Origin: Podarcis erhardii
Taxonomy: Eukaryota
Assembly (NCBI GenBank): GCA_964252035.1
Contig: OZ176200.1
Length of the DNA stretch: 64,000 nt
Direction: 5' to 3' (one strand)
The first letter of the stretch is position 1; each line of letters starts with the position of its first letter. Made by a program: the position numbers and the translations under genes. Shown piece by piece: positions 1 through 11,719 of this stretch. Under the pieces are notes generated by a model that ran no database searches, was not told where the DNA came from, and saw nothing but the letters and a program-made list of their open reading frames with translations.

Positions 1-82
1 GAGGTACTATTTCTGGGTTAGTGGAGTCTGTAACCTGAAGTGTATGTAACCTGAAGCGTATGTAACCCAAGGTACCACTGTA
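1..82. mobile_element. Tc1/mariner-type MITE, right end (truncated by window edge)
   Basis: Ends ..GGTACCACTG then TA; internal sequence nearly identical to the full copy at 29244-29469. Confidence 0.9.
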
Positions 83-2754
83 TACACACTTATGTGACAG
101 CAAATCCCTCTGCATTCAGTAGGCTTTTCTCACAGGTAAGTGTGTATTGTATTGCAGGCTTCTGGTTGCCAGCATCTTTTATATCGGTCATGCTTATTTG
201 CCATTGGCATGTAGAAATTAAGCAGGTTAAGCTGCACGTCAGGCCGAAGAGCACAGCTAACAGCAACAACAAAGAGAGTCTGGCAACCCTTGTCAGGTAT
301 GCCTCGCTCTTTTTGACATGCTGGGTTTTAAATCCTTGCTACCAGCCTTACAAAACAGAAAAGCAAGGAGGCAAGCTTTTATCTCATGACGTATAGACTT
401 TGTTGTCTCCCACACAGCCTGCTGCCCTTCTTCCGAAGAGCCCAGGTACAGTCTATTCAGTTCAGCAGCCATCCTTTCACAATAGACCCTCCCCTCCGGC
501 TCTCTATTTGTGGGTAGCCCTCAGCAGCTGGATTGCTTTTTAGTGTTTGTTCTTGCTTTCCCTTCCCCCATTTTATTATTTTGTAGCAAAGAATGGTAAT
601 TCAAGCGATTAATCAAATGCTAGGCCCAGCTGGAGCCATCTGTGGAGTCCTCATAATCTCCCTCCTCCCCTTGCATGTGTGCACACGGCTCATTGCAATT
701 GGCTAGCAGTGACATCACCCCTGCTTGGATGTGGGGAGCGTGGAGTGTGTGAGGGGGAAAAATTACTTCTTGCCTCCAGTCTGCTTTACTGACGCTTCAA
801 GGGAAGGTTACAGAGAATGGTTCCTGAATGGCTTTTTAAAGCACTACGAAGAACACTGGATAATATACAGCATTATCTCTTTTTGTTCTTAACTGCTTAG
901 GGAGCTGGAGGGGTGAGGGGGGGTGTCTGTCACTGCTGCCGTGCTTAAAAGCTAAACACAATTCTGAGAGAGCTTCTTGACCTAGAATAACTTGCTAGCT
1001 ATTCCCAAATACTGTACAGGGAAATTGACTTGCCATCTGGTAACTGCTGCAAGGAGAGCAAGAAGTGAGTTAAGGAGCTGCTCTCAAATGAGACAGCTCA
1101 GAAGGCATCTGCAGACATACCTGTATTCCATGATTCTGTATTCCATGCAGGCACCACGTAAGCATGGGCAGTGTCCTGAGAACCTTAGCTCTGCACTTAA
1201 AAACCCCCAAACCCCAAACAAACCTACAACAGGTTTGGAGCTCTTTTGATTACACACGATAGGCTTTCAATGTGCATGTGACCTGGTCAAAGGTATACAT
1301 ATGTTGAATTGGATTTTTAGTGATCATTGTAGAAAGGCAGAAAAAATGGTATGATAAGCCAAAGTTACACACATTTCTTCATTTAGATCCTTCATGCATG
1401 TTGTAGAACTGGTCTCTTTGGGAGTCAGATTTTGGGTTACATACGTGTAGAAGTTTGATCTTGCTTTTATTTTTTAGTAGAGGGTGGTCCAAACACCCAG
1501 ACAATTAGTTGGTGATTGCGGAATGAATGCAAGCTTCTTCTCTCCTTGCTCTCCAAAGGTGAAGAGTTGGAGTAAGGGGCCTGATTTAAATCAGGACCGC
1601 TGTGCAAAACAACACCTCTCCTATACCTCATGCCAGTGCCCTGATCCAGATTGGGCCTCCCAAAGCTGCAGTTTATTTTAAAATATCCATTCACACAATT
1701 GCTAACTGTGTGGTGGCTATCTCATCTATAGAATTTGGCCCTAAATCTTCTCCCCAGAAATTATTTTTGCCAGTTAAAATTTTTAATTAGATGGTTTAAG
1801 AAAAAATAAGTTGAGTTGAAAGGCATTATTTTTTTAATTTAAAAATATTTCTGTTTTTGCTTTATGGTTTGGTTTTCAAATGCTGCAGTTTACAGGTTTT
1901 GATTTCATATAACTACTAAAATAGCAAATATGAATATCTATAGGGGAAAGAACTGGAGTTAAAATGCAACAACAGTAAAGGAACTTGGGGGAATTTTCAT
2001 GGTGACTTTCACAGGAACAAAACATTTATTGATTCAAATGATGTAATCAAAAACTTGCACAGGTCTTTTGTATTCATCATGCTAGATTTCTCAATGTAAA
2101 TAATAGTACTGCATCTGTTGTATTGTTGATCATCATGTGTAGATATGGATATACAGTGTTTGATTCGTAGATAAATTCTGCAGCCTGAACAAACTATCCC
2201 AATCTGACAAATTTGCTTATTTTGCTTATTCTTGCATAATTTACTCTGCTTCAGAGACTCTTAGCCCTATCCTTTCTGAATCCTTTTTAAAGCAGTCTGG
2301 CAGTCATCATATCATGTGAGAGCAACTTTTACAAAGTAATTATACATCATATGAAAAAAAATTCAATGGAATACCCACCCACCATTGCTTTCAATGGGAG
2401 TCAGTCAAGATACCTGAAACCTGTGCCTAAATTCCATTGATTTCAACAAAAGGGCATTAACGAGAAGGTACATTGAAGATGTAAATCATGTAACAGCAGC
2501 AAATTCCTAGCTCTACGTGTTTGGTGATCTGTTGAAAGTGGGGTGAGCAATTTTGCATGGTTGGGTTTTTTTGTTTTTTGTTTGCAAGATTTGGAGAAGA
2601 GGTGACAGTAAAGGAAGAATGCCTTGTGAGATTTTGGGTGCTAGTTAATTGTCTCTCTTGGGAAATGAGGCAATTCCAGGTGGAGATTTCTGCTATAGGA
2701 TTTGTTTATTTTGTCACATTCCAGCAAAGGCGCTATCCATGTATGTTGTTCTTG

Positions 2755-2872
2755 CAATGAATCTCTGAGGTGGGTTAGGCTGAGAGTGGCAAGACTTACC
2801 AAGTGAACTTCATTCTTCAAGAGCTTGAGAAAGGGATTTGAACCCAGGTCTCTCTAGTCCACATTAAACACT
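2755..2872 (-). mobile_element. Degenerate tRNA-derived SINE (Squam3/MIR-like)
   Basis: Reverse-strand gtgaggtgggttaggctgagag and gatttgaacccaggtctc (B-box) motifs, resembling the + strand copy at 3425. Confidence 0.55.
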
Positions 2873-3109
2873 ATATACATTACATCTGATTTAGGCACTG
2901 TATCCTTCTGTCAAGGACATAGCAACTCTGTCTAAAAGGAAGCAATCCTGGCCCTCTAACAACATATTGTTTGCATATTTGCTCTGAAGTAAGTGTCATT
3001 GTATTCAATGGGGTCTACTGACTTGTATGTCTGCATAGAATTATACAATTAATAAAGCATATTATGTAGGACTCTGTTAACACACCACATTATTCACAGT
3101 AGTATGACC

Positions 3110-3399
3110 AGTTTTGAATCCCCGTGAAGGGGTGAGCTTCCGTTGTTCGGTCCCAGCTTCTGCCAAGCTAGCAGTTCAAAAGCACATCAAAATAGGTACC
3201 GCTCCGGCGGGAAGGTAGACGGCGTTTCCGTGTGCTGCTCTGGTTTGCCAGAAGCGGCTTAGTCATGCTGGCCACATGACCCAGAAGCTGTCTGCGGACA
3301 AACTCCAGCTCCCTCGGCCTATAGAGTGAGATGAGCTGCCAACCCCAGAGTCATCCATGACTGGACCTAACGGTCAGGGGTACCTTTACCTTTACCTTT
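3110..3399 (+). mobile_element. Sauria SINE, 5'-truncated
   Basis: B-box-like ttgaatcccc, body ggtaccgctccggcgggaagg..gtcatgctggccacatgacc, and the characteristic (ACCTTT)n tail. Confidence 0.92.
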
Positions 3400-3424
3400 T
3401 TATGGCCAGTTTACTGTCAACTTA

Positions 3425-3651
3425 CAGCCAGTGTGTTGTGTAGTGGTTAAAATAGGACTTGGGAGACCAGGGTTCAAGTTGTTACCTGGCCATGAAGCTC
3501 ACTGGGTGACCTTGGTTCAGTCACTGTCTTTCAGCCTAGCCTACCTCACAGGGCTGTTGTGAGTAGAAACTATGGGAGAATACCATGTATGCCACCTTGA
3601 GCCCCTTGGAGTAAAGGTGGGATATAAATTTAAGTGACATAAATAAATAAA
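3425..3651 (+). mobile_element. tRNA-derived SINE (Squam3-like)
   Basis: Head agccagtgtg..tagtggttaa, core ctgggtgaccttgg..agcctagcctacctcacagggctgttgtgag, (TAAA)n tail. Confidence 0.8.
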
Positions 3652-4320
3652 CTTCACATGCACAGAACAGGATTCTGTGCCAAAGTGACCCAAGTTCAGT
3701 TGTAAAAAAAAATTGAATTCTGCAGCAGCAATAAATTATGCATGTCTAGCAAATTTGCATGCACTGCTTGTTTTCCATGTTCTGATGCTTCTGGTCATGA
3801 GCATAGACTAGGAGCTGTGCAGGATGGTGAAGCTTTGCCTCCTGATGGCTAGAAATGCCATGCAGCAGCTCTCTGGCTCCTGCATCTCCTATGCTGGCCT
3901 CCTGAACCTGGCCATACCCTCACCATCACCCTGCTGTCCACACATAGTGGCCAAAGATCAGAAGAGAGGAGCCTGCTCTACACACATAGGCACCCCACCT
4001 CCATGATCTAGAACCCTGTGCTATCAGGGTTCTAAGTCCACCAGGGAGCCCCCATGCATAGAGTAGGCCCCTTTCCTGAGACCTTACCCTCAGCGCATGG
4101 ACAGCAGTTGGGGCATTCAGCCGGGATAGGGCGCAGAGTCAGAAGCATGGCCTTGATCTCCTTATGCAGCTGTAACCACGCAAGGGGTAAGTGCCCAAAC
4201 AGATCTTATATGTTGTCAAGATGCTTGTAATAAAGGTCATTCGTAAATTATAGCTGTAAGCCTTTGGGGTTCTGGGACTAAGGGGTTTTAGTTGTTGTTA
4301 GAGGTAAGTTCAGAGATAGC

Positions 4321-4346
4321 AGAGAGAGAGAGAGAGAGAGAGAGAG
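4321..4346. repeat. (GA)n microsatellite
   Basis: Direct reading. Confidence 0.95.
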
Positions 4347-4572
4347 AAGCAAATCCCTTTCAGGATGTTGATTGTTGCACCCTTATCTTCTCAGTTGCTC
4401 ATGTAACAACTGCATGAAATACAACTAGTTCTTCTTTAGCTTTTTTTTTTTTTTTAAAAAAACAATATTAATTGAATATGTGTTTGCTTTCCTTGTGGTC
4501 AGGGAGGAGAAACTTTGGAGGACTGCCAGTCCATTCATGAAGTTGCAACCTCCTCCTTTAACTTGCAGCCCC

Positions 4573-4969
4573 TGAGTCAGTCCCATGTGTTGCTTCTGGC
4601 AGGTCGATGGGAGCCTCCTTAAGCTTAGTTCAGATAGTATATTTACGTGAAGCATTGAGTCAGAAGAATCTGAGAGCAGGGCAGATCCCTACTACATGCC
4701 TCGATTGCTCGCCTGCAACCCAGGGCCACTATTTTTGGGACAGTAAAAAACCCCAAACCAATTACGTTTAAATTGTGAGTTTGGGCCTTCTTTTCTAACC
4801 GGTGATGCTTCTTCAAACTCTCCTGAGATGAGGATGGACACGTGGAGGGCAGCAGTGTTGTGAATTACCCTCATGTTATTATGTGGGGTCTTTTTGTTTC
4901 TAATGGGGGAGGGGGCAGGGGGTGAGTGGAGCTGCTGCTGAGTAGCAGATGGCAGGAAGGGTGACATCA
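4573..4969. promoter_or_regulatory. AP-1/ATF motif cluster (candidate enhancer)
   Basis: TGAGTCA at 4573 and 4656, TTACGTGA at 4643, CACGTG at 4839, TGACATCA at 4962. Confidence 0.3.
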
Positions 4970-7822
4970 TAGGCACAATTGTCCTACCCCATTATTCTTC
5001 CTGACAAGCTCCTGCCCTCCTTTTTGGTTTCCTGCTGACAGAATTTGAAATTGTGTGTGTGTGTGCTGGGAGGCAGCCAGAGGTCCTCCCAAATTCCTCC
5101 CTTTTGGGTAAATTATGTTTATCTAGTACTAGTAGTATTTTATTATCGCTTCTAAAACAGTCAGGTACTGACCATAAAGACAGGCCCTCCTCCCAATTCG
5201 CAACTGTAGGGAATGGAAAGAGTAAGAGGAGATCAGTATGGCCTATATAATTTGGGTTGGTATGTGAGACAGGAAGGTTATGTTTTTACACATGTGCGCA
5301 GGCCAGACGTGGACATGCTTTCCCAGGATCAGGTTCCTGTGAGTTCATTGTGACTTACTTGAGATTTAGGATTGCAGCCTTGGGAGTTGTCAGCTCCAGG
5401 CTCTACAAGGTCTCCTGTTTCTTTATGGTTTAAGAGAAGGAAGATAATGTGCTGTGTGTGTTGCCTCACCTCCCAGCAATTGTCATTCCAGTAATGTGAT
5501 GGGGAAAATGCATTGGGGAAATATGCCCTTCCCTGTAGCCAAGGCTGGCATCAAGACTCTGCAATCTGTTGCTCATGCCAAGGCCTCTGCATTGTGCCTG
5601 GCACCAACTTCTGGCCCTGGTCTTGCCCCCCTCCTTGCTATGGCTAACGTTTCACCTTCCCTCTCTGAATGAGCAGGTTGGGACAGGATTAGGAGCAGCA
5701 TCCTCTGCTTACCTCACCCTCTGGACCAATATGCAGGTTGAGCCCACAGAAGGAGGGCAAGTGAATGGGGCATTCGCTTCTTCTTTGGAGATCAATCGTA
5801 GCTGAGTAAGATTGTCTTCCATAAACATGGTTTTAAGAGGAGGCGGTCCCATTCAAGGAGATGGCTTGCTAAGGCCATTTTGCCCAAGGACCCCTCCATA
5901 CACGCAGTAACGATACAGGAGACTTCTCTAGTTTGGAATGTCACTCTTAGTCTGTGTCCCTTGCTACTGGGTTGGCGAATTTGCATGATCACATTTGTGG
6001 GCTGAGATCGGTTTCCTTCATTAGCAACACTAAAGGGGGGGGGGGTAGGATTCTTTTATCATGGCAAACCAGTTTATATGTAGGGATTGATTTGTTACTC
6101 TGCAGCTTGAAACGTGCTTGATGTGGAAGGTGATTTCCATGGCATTTATATTTTCATGCAAATGTGCTTAGGATCGCAACCTTTTGAATGAGGAAGAATC
6201 AAGGGGGCTCTTGAGTTAAGAAATGTTGCACATCACTGCAGTTAAGCTTGATTATTTGATTGTGGGTTTTGCTTTGATGCTACAGGCTCATTCAGCCGAT
6301 GACGGCAGCATTGTATAACCCAGGTAAGTTTGTTTAGAAGTGCATCCCTTTTCCATGCCTCTTCTGTCATTCTCACAAGTTGGGACGAGGTAGTAGGTGA
6401 TGAAGCCTGAGCTGGAGACAAGGAAGAAAGGCTTTGGCTATGACAAGTGGAAACTGCATAGGTCTGGTCAGGGAAGCATTCTGGGGGCAGAGAAAGGGTT
6501 TGGGAACCCTGTGCAAGCAGGCACTAACAGTTGAGGCTTTTAAACATTCATCCATGTCAGCCGTCACTCAACACTTTTATAGTTGAAGGAAACGCAATCC
6601 CGTTTAGCCAAAATGTATTTGAAACATCCACACCCCTTCCCGCTATTCCCCAGTTCTGAACTCAGTCCAGGCAATACCATGTTTACTCGATGTGGCTTGC
6701 TTCTGTGCTGCCAGTGCTTGTCTGGGATTTCTATTGCCTGAAACCTTATAACTTTAATAAGATATAAACCGTGTCGCATCCATCTGCCGTTGCTCAGCAA
6801 CCTGTCAGTAATGCCCAAAACAAAGCTCCCCATGTGGAAGGAACACTAAATCCTACTGTGGGATAATTCTGCTTCCAAAGCTGTTGTTTCCTTCGCTGCT
6901 AATAGCCCTGTCCTGGTAGCGAATCCTCCCACCTGTGGCAGCAGTGCACACTGCGCATGAGTGACTCTCCTGTCACCTTTGCCCCTGTGGCCAGGGCTGG
7001 AGGGATTACAGTACTTTGCTTGCCATGCTGGATGTGCTTAGGTTATGTCACAAGAATAAATGTCTGCTGTTATCTTTAAAAAACGCAGGGCACTTGTATT
7101 AAATTTTCCAATACAAGCCAGGAAATATATTGTTGTTGTTGTTTGTTTGTTTGTTTTTTTAAGTCAGAAAGGCCAATGAAGTGTATCCTTTGGTGCTTCT
7201 CAGCTAGATCAATAACTCAATTTCTCAGTATTCCTCTCAGGTGCAAAATGATCGTTGCAACACTGCATGTCACATGCATTTTCTTAGCAGGTTATTCATG
7301 CTGAAGCCTTGGAACTGGTGTTAATGTGCATGTTGCAGGGGAAATTAAAATGGGAACGGGCCACTCAGTATCTTTTGGATTCTGATCACAGGGTTTTGGA
7401 ATATGTACTAGGGAAAATGGCAGGCAGTGAGTATAAAAGATGTGGCGTGAGTATATATGTGTGAAGGTGCAGGTGAAGGCAGGATCAGCCAAAGAACCAG
7501 GCTCCCTTCTTATGAGAACCTCTCCGTTAGCGCATAAAAAGGGGAATTCTCTCCCGCTCCTTTTCCAGCCGTAATGTCCCACAGTCCTTCTGCTTCTTAA
7601 CTCCCACCCCTCTTGAGTTTCAGATACTACAGACAAAACCAAATATCCATTTCCACTGGAAATATTTAGTGAGGCATGACATGCTTGGCATTTATTTATG
7701 CTGCTCTCTTATAGTGGTTTGTTTTGACAGTCATAATTGAGGGCTAAATTAGCATCAATAGCATCCCTCAAGTTTCATGCTGGCAGCCAGACACGAGTCA
7801 ATCAGCAAGGGATGTGTTGAAA

Positions 7823-7835
7823 GTTGCCAGGCAAC
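7823..7835. promoter_or_regulatory. RFX X-box palindrome
   Basis: GTTGCCAGGCAAC fits the RFX palindromic consensus; related sites at 6789, 8412, 15921 and 24515. Function untested. Confidence 0.4.
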
Positions 7836-8006
7836 TACACATGGTTAAACAGGTCCAGTGAACTCAAAACAACTTGGAATAGAATCTGTTTTCTCTGTGG
7901 ATTTGCAAGTTGGTTTTGCACACTCTTCTATGTCCAGAGGAAGGTGTGTGGGATGTAGCTTTTTGTTCATCTTGTTTAGGCTTGCATGAGCTTCTCAACT
8001 GGCTAA

Positions 8007-8140
8007 CATAGAGTCGTAGACTTGGAAGGTTCCCCAAGGGCCATCTAGTTCAACCCCCTGCTATGCAGGAATCTCAACTAGATTGTACATGACAGATGGC
8101 CATCCAACCTCTGCTTCGAAACCTCCAAGGAAGGAGACTG
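8007..8140 (-). mobile_element. CR1 LINE 3' end fragment
   Basis: Reverse complement of the CR1 3' terminus: catagagtcgtagacttggaagg..catctagttcaacccc..atggccatccaacctctgct. Confidence 0.85.
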
Positions 8141-8689
8141 CAATTAAACAAAAATCTGATGTGACCTTCCCTAGCTTTTTGAGGATGCAGTCTTTTGTTC
8201 CCCACCCCAGATTTGTTAGTATAAAGGGAGAAATGTGAGAGATTGGTGTGGCATAAAAAGGGTCAGCCACAAGGGCTCCATAGGCTTCATCCAACTGAGT
8301 TAAACCAGACCTAGTGATATTGATGGATCTAATATAGCCATGTCCATCCATTTAGTGGGCCTACTTGCAGGACTCTCACAAAAGTGGTCTCATATAGGAA
8401 CGGGTGGTACGGTTCCCATGGCAATTGCACACCTGACGTGTGCTGCATGGCTGGACTCTTTCTGCCATCTGGGCTAGTGGTAGTCTGCATGGGCACTGAC
8501 ATGCCAGACACTTGAATACCAGATGTGCACAGAAGCAGCATTAGCTTCTATCCACAGAGAGGTTTTCTTATTTTCATGCATCTAATTAACTAGGCTAGTG
8601 CAAAGGAATTTGAAGGTAAAAAGGAAGTGAAAGGAAATTTGGAGTTATTAGCATTACAGCAAGCCCTAAATGCTGCAGTCAGAAGTCTC

Positions 8690-8765
8690 TCCCATCCTGA
8701 CCCAGAAATAGAGCCTGGAAACTTCTGCAAGTAAACTAGATGCTCTACCACTGAGCCATGACACT
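8690..8765 (-). mobile_element. tRNA-derived SINE head (Squam2-like fragment)
   Basis: tgctctaccactgagc is the reverse complement of the A-box gctcagtggtagagca; preceded by gagcctggaaacttctgca. Confidence 0.6.
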
Positions 8766-9330
8766 TCCCCATATTGTGACTGTATGTTTCCCCACCTTTT
8801 TTTGCTAACAGCAGCTCTGGAAGGGGTTTGGATAGAAGCTGTGGGGATGGGGGAGAGAAAGGGTTAGGGACCTCCCCCCCCCCACTTTGCACAGCAGTTC
8901 TATGGTTTTATACAAAGAAATTTACTGATGCAATCACCGATTGGCTTCATGTCTATTTGAGTGCATAGGCTTGTGCCAGAGATTTAGTAACTCCCTCTCC
9001 TCAGGGCCTGAGTTAGGAATCTGAAACAAAGAATTCTCAGCAAACTACAATTCCCGGCATTCTTTAGGAGAAGGTATGTGCTTTTAGTTTTGTTACCAGG
9101 GCATGTATGCTTTCCACAGCTCTTCCTCGGTCTGATACACTGAACAGCAGGATGGCTGCATATGAAAGCGAACTTGATTTTAAGTGTCTTTCAAAGCTGA
9201 CCAAACACATACTCAGAGACTATCTGTAATGTAATGGAAAGAGCTGTTTAGTCCTTTCCCCCATTTGGCTAGCACCCTCTCTCTTTCTATCCGTCTGTCT
9301 GTCTGTCTCTCTGGCTTTGCTTCACCACAG

Positions 9331-9555
9331 CTGCTGTTCGCTGACAGCAGAATGATAGATGTGCTTTGCGCCAGAGGGAGGAAGGCCGCCAGCTCAGAAG
9401 GCCGGCGTATGCCACCCATCAGCCTATTCAGTGGATGCACTGAGCCGTGGCACTGTGAGGATTTTATCGGCCTTTAATGCATTAACCTTTCATTAGGCAC
9501 GGCAGCCCCTGACTGTGCCTCGCACTCTCCGCCTCTGCTCCTGCCATGGCCCTAG
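9331..9555 (+). other. Candidate alternative exon with several uORFs and a terminal strong-Kozak ATG
   Basis: About 45-nt CT-rich tract ending ttcaccacAG (9329-9330); GCCATGG with ATG at 9546; donor CTAG|GTatgc after 9555. Confidence 0.4.
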
Positions 9556-10035
9556 GTATGCCATGGAGGCTTGTCATCGGAGGGAAACCCCTTTTGTCCC
9601 TACTCAGGGATCAAATGATACATTCTCACAAACCCGGGGAACCTCATGCCTTTTTTTCTGCACATGTACAAAGTTCCGGACTTGGGTCTGCTTCCTTGTG
9701 CTGGTGTAAAGAAAATTGTTTACCTTCCCACCACAGCTCCCTCGGCCTGAAACAAGATGAGTGCCACACCCCATAGACGCCTTTGAATGGACTTAATCAT
9801 CCACCGGTCCTTCACCCCTTTTTTTTTTTTTTTACTTTATCTTAGAGAAAATTGTACTAGAGAAATCGTCCCCCGACCTTCTTCTCTGCTCTAATCTGCA
9901 CGCACCCCACCCCCACATGGCATTTTGTACCATGGAGAAATCCTGTTAGAATCTGAGAGAATACAACTGATTACAGGCCAGATGGCAAAGAACAGCTTAT
10001 TCTGATTCTGGGAATGGGAGTAGATGTGTTTCCTG

Positions 10036-10148
10036 CAGCCTTTGCTAACCTAGTGCCCTCCAGATGTTTTGCACTGTGACTCCCAGCCAGCACGGCCATT
10101 GGGAGTTGCTGTCAAAACACCTGGAGGACGTCAGGTTGGCAAAGGCTG
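10036..10148. mobile_element. Palindromic lizard hAT-type MITE, degenerate
   Basis: TIRs CAGCCTTTGCTAACCT / AGGTTGGCAAAGGCTG with ccagatgttttg..caaaacacctgg arms; no clear TSD. Confidence 0.75.
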
Positions 10149-10605
10149 CCTTAGGAGGTGTGTGCTTTCTGCCCTTGTTCTGAAAGGGGGCTTAGCTTAG
10201 CTGATGAAGGCTGAGGTCTAACCCTAGCCCCCTTTTATGGGCACCCACAAACACTTGATTCTCCCTGCTTCCTGACAAATCCCACCCAATTCTTCAGAAA
10301 CGATACCACTCCTATTGGGGTGGATGGTTAGGAAGTGGGTGGTACGGGATGGAAGTATGAAAATGTGGGGTGAAGAGAAAGAGTACGCATTTCCACCCTG
10401 GTTGTCCAGCTTTAATTTCTGTGTTTGGGTGGGTGGAGTTAGCGTAGTGGCTTTGACCTCCCCCCCCCCCCCATAACCCACTGTCGAGAGGAAGCCTCTT
10501 TTCATGCTTTGTCTGAAACATATGCAATGGGACTTTGCACCTCTGCTTTTCAGAGAGAGAAGTGTGAGCTCCACACAGATCTGTAATTACTGTATCTCCC
10601 CACAG

Positions 10606-10811
10606 ATGCAGTGTGCAGATTCCCACTTCACACCTTCCTAGGAAGTGTGAAAGAAAGCGTGGGTCATTTGTACTTCGTCTGCTCCTGCTTATTGCTAACA
10701 TCTGTAGTAGTCCTCAGTCTTGTGGTAGTGGTTGTGTTCTTCATAGCGGATGTATCCCTGCCCATAATTAGTTCCCTGTCCTCGTCTATCAAATGGCTCC
10801 TATTCCTTTAA
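10606..10811 (+). CDS. Candidate second exon of a small transmembrane protein nested in the DUSP8 intron
   Basis: Branch-like ctgTAAt (10581-10587), tract tgtatctccccacAG. The frame entered from the 9555 phase-1 donor stays open to TAA 10809-10811 and encodes a long hydrophobic stretch. Confidence 0.25.
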
Positions 10812-11719
10812 AAAACAAAACAAAACAACCTCTGCTTTTTCTTCCTTCCCTGAAATTTCCTCCAGAGCACGTATATGACACCACTTCTCCAGATCACTCC
10901 TCTTCTTCTGTGAGGCTGCTGGCTTAGCCCAGCTTCCTCCAACCTTCAAAGTACCCATTAGCCATTAGTCCTTGTCTCGTTTGGAAACTAGTAACCGAAA
11001 TGAATGCATATTCTCCTGCTGTGAGCTGCCTCCATTTTCTTACCCTCCTTTTTTGTCTCCTCTGTTGTCAAATTTTGGTTTATAAGCTTCTGAGCAGGGA
11101 TCTGACTTTCATTTTGCAAAGCAGCGCACACATTTTAGTGTTGCTTTGTAAATAATCGCTGAGTGCATGGGATGCTAATAGCACAGAGACAGGGGTGGTT
11201 GATGACAATTTGGCTGAGTTAGTACTTCTGCTATAAACATCCATTATCATTTGTGTTATTTGTTCTGCGAAGGTGCTGAGAGGACCTCTTCTCCCTCTCC
11301 TGGCCTCCACAAACTTCAGATAACTGAGCACTGCACTGTACTGTACAGTTCCTGAATACAATTTGTGCATTTTCGGAGCTGTGTTACCTGCTACGTTCTG
11401 GCATGGCTTGACCACCCTTTGCTAGCATAGGTGGATAACAGAGTTTCTGTATTTTACATATGCCAGAATAATAAACTCTGTTAACTCTTTCTGCAACCAC
11501 TAACAACAGCTTTCTCACACGAGTCCTGCTCTCTCCTGCTTTCCTTCAAAGCATTTATAAATGAATAGAGATCATACGAAGGAGTGGGGCAAACCATTGT
11601 TCCCCTGGGTGGGGACAGTAAAGAGATCCACTCAGTTTTCTTTGTTTTGAAAGCTGTAGCAATTTAACATTTATGGGTTATGGAATAACGGTTGTCTTCT
11701 TGTGGCACTTCTCTTGCAG

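Noticed and set aside
100-141. Perfect donor CAG|GTAAGT at 135/136
   Set aside because: No credible upstream acceptor, and the sequence does not match the end of the DUSP8 ATG exon; it abuts a MITE.
4018-4310. LTR-like segment with TATA, AATAAA and a GAG|GTAAGT donor
   Set aside because: No defined TG..CA boundaries or TSD; cannot support a call. The same applies to 58200-58610.
1-11719. Search for the DUSP8 ATG exon (MAGDRLPRKV..NICCSKLVKRR..)
   Set aside because: No such reading frame is visible or present in the ORF track; it must lie upstream of the window. The weak LPRK/NICSS echo in a second frame at 10607-10770 looks coincidental.
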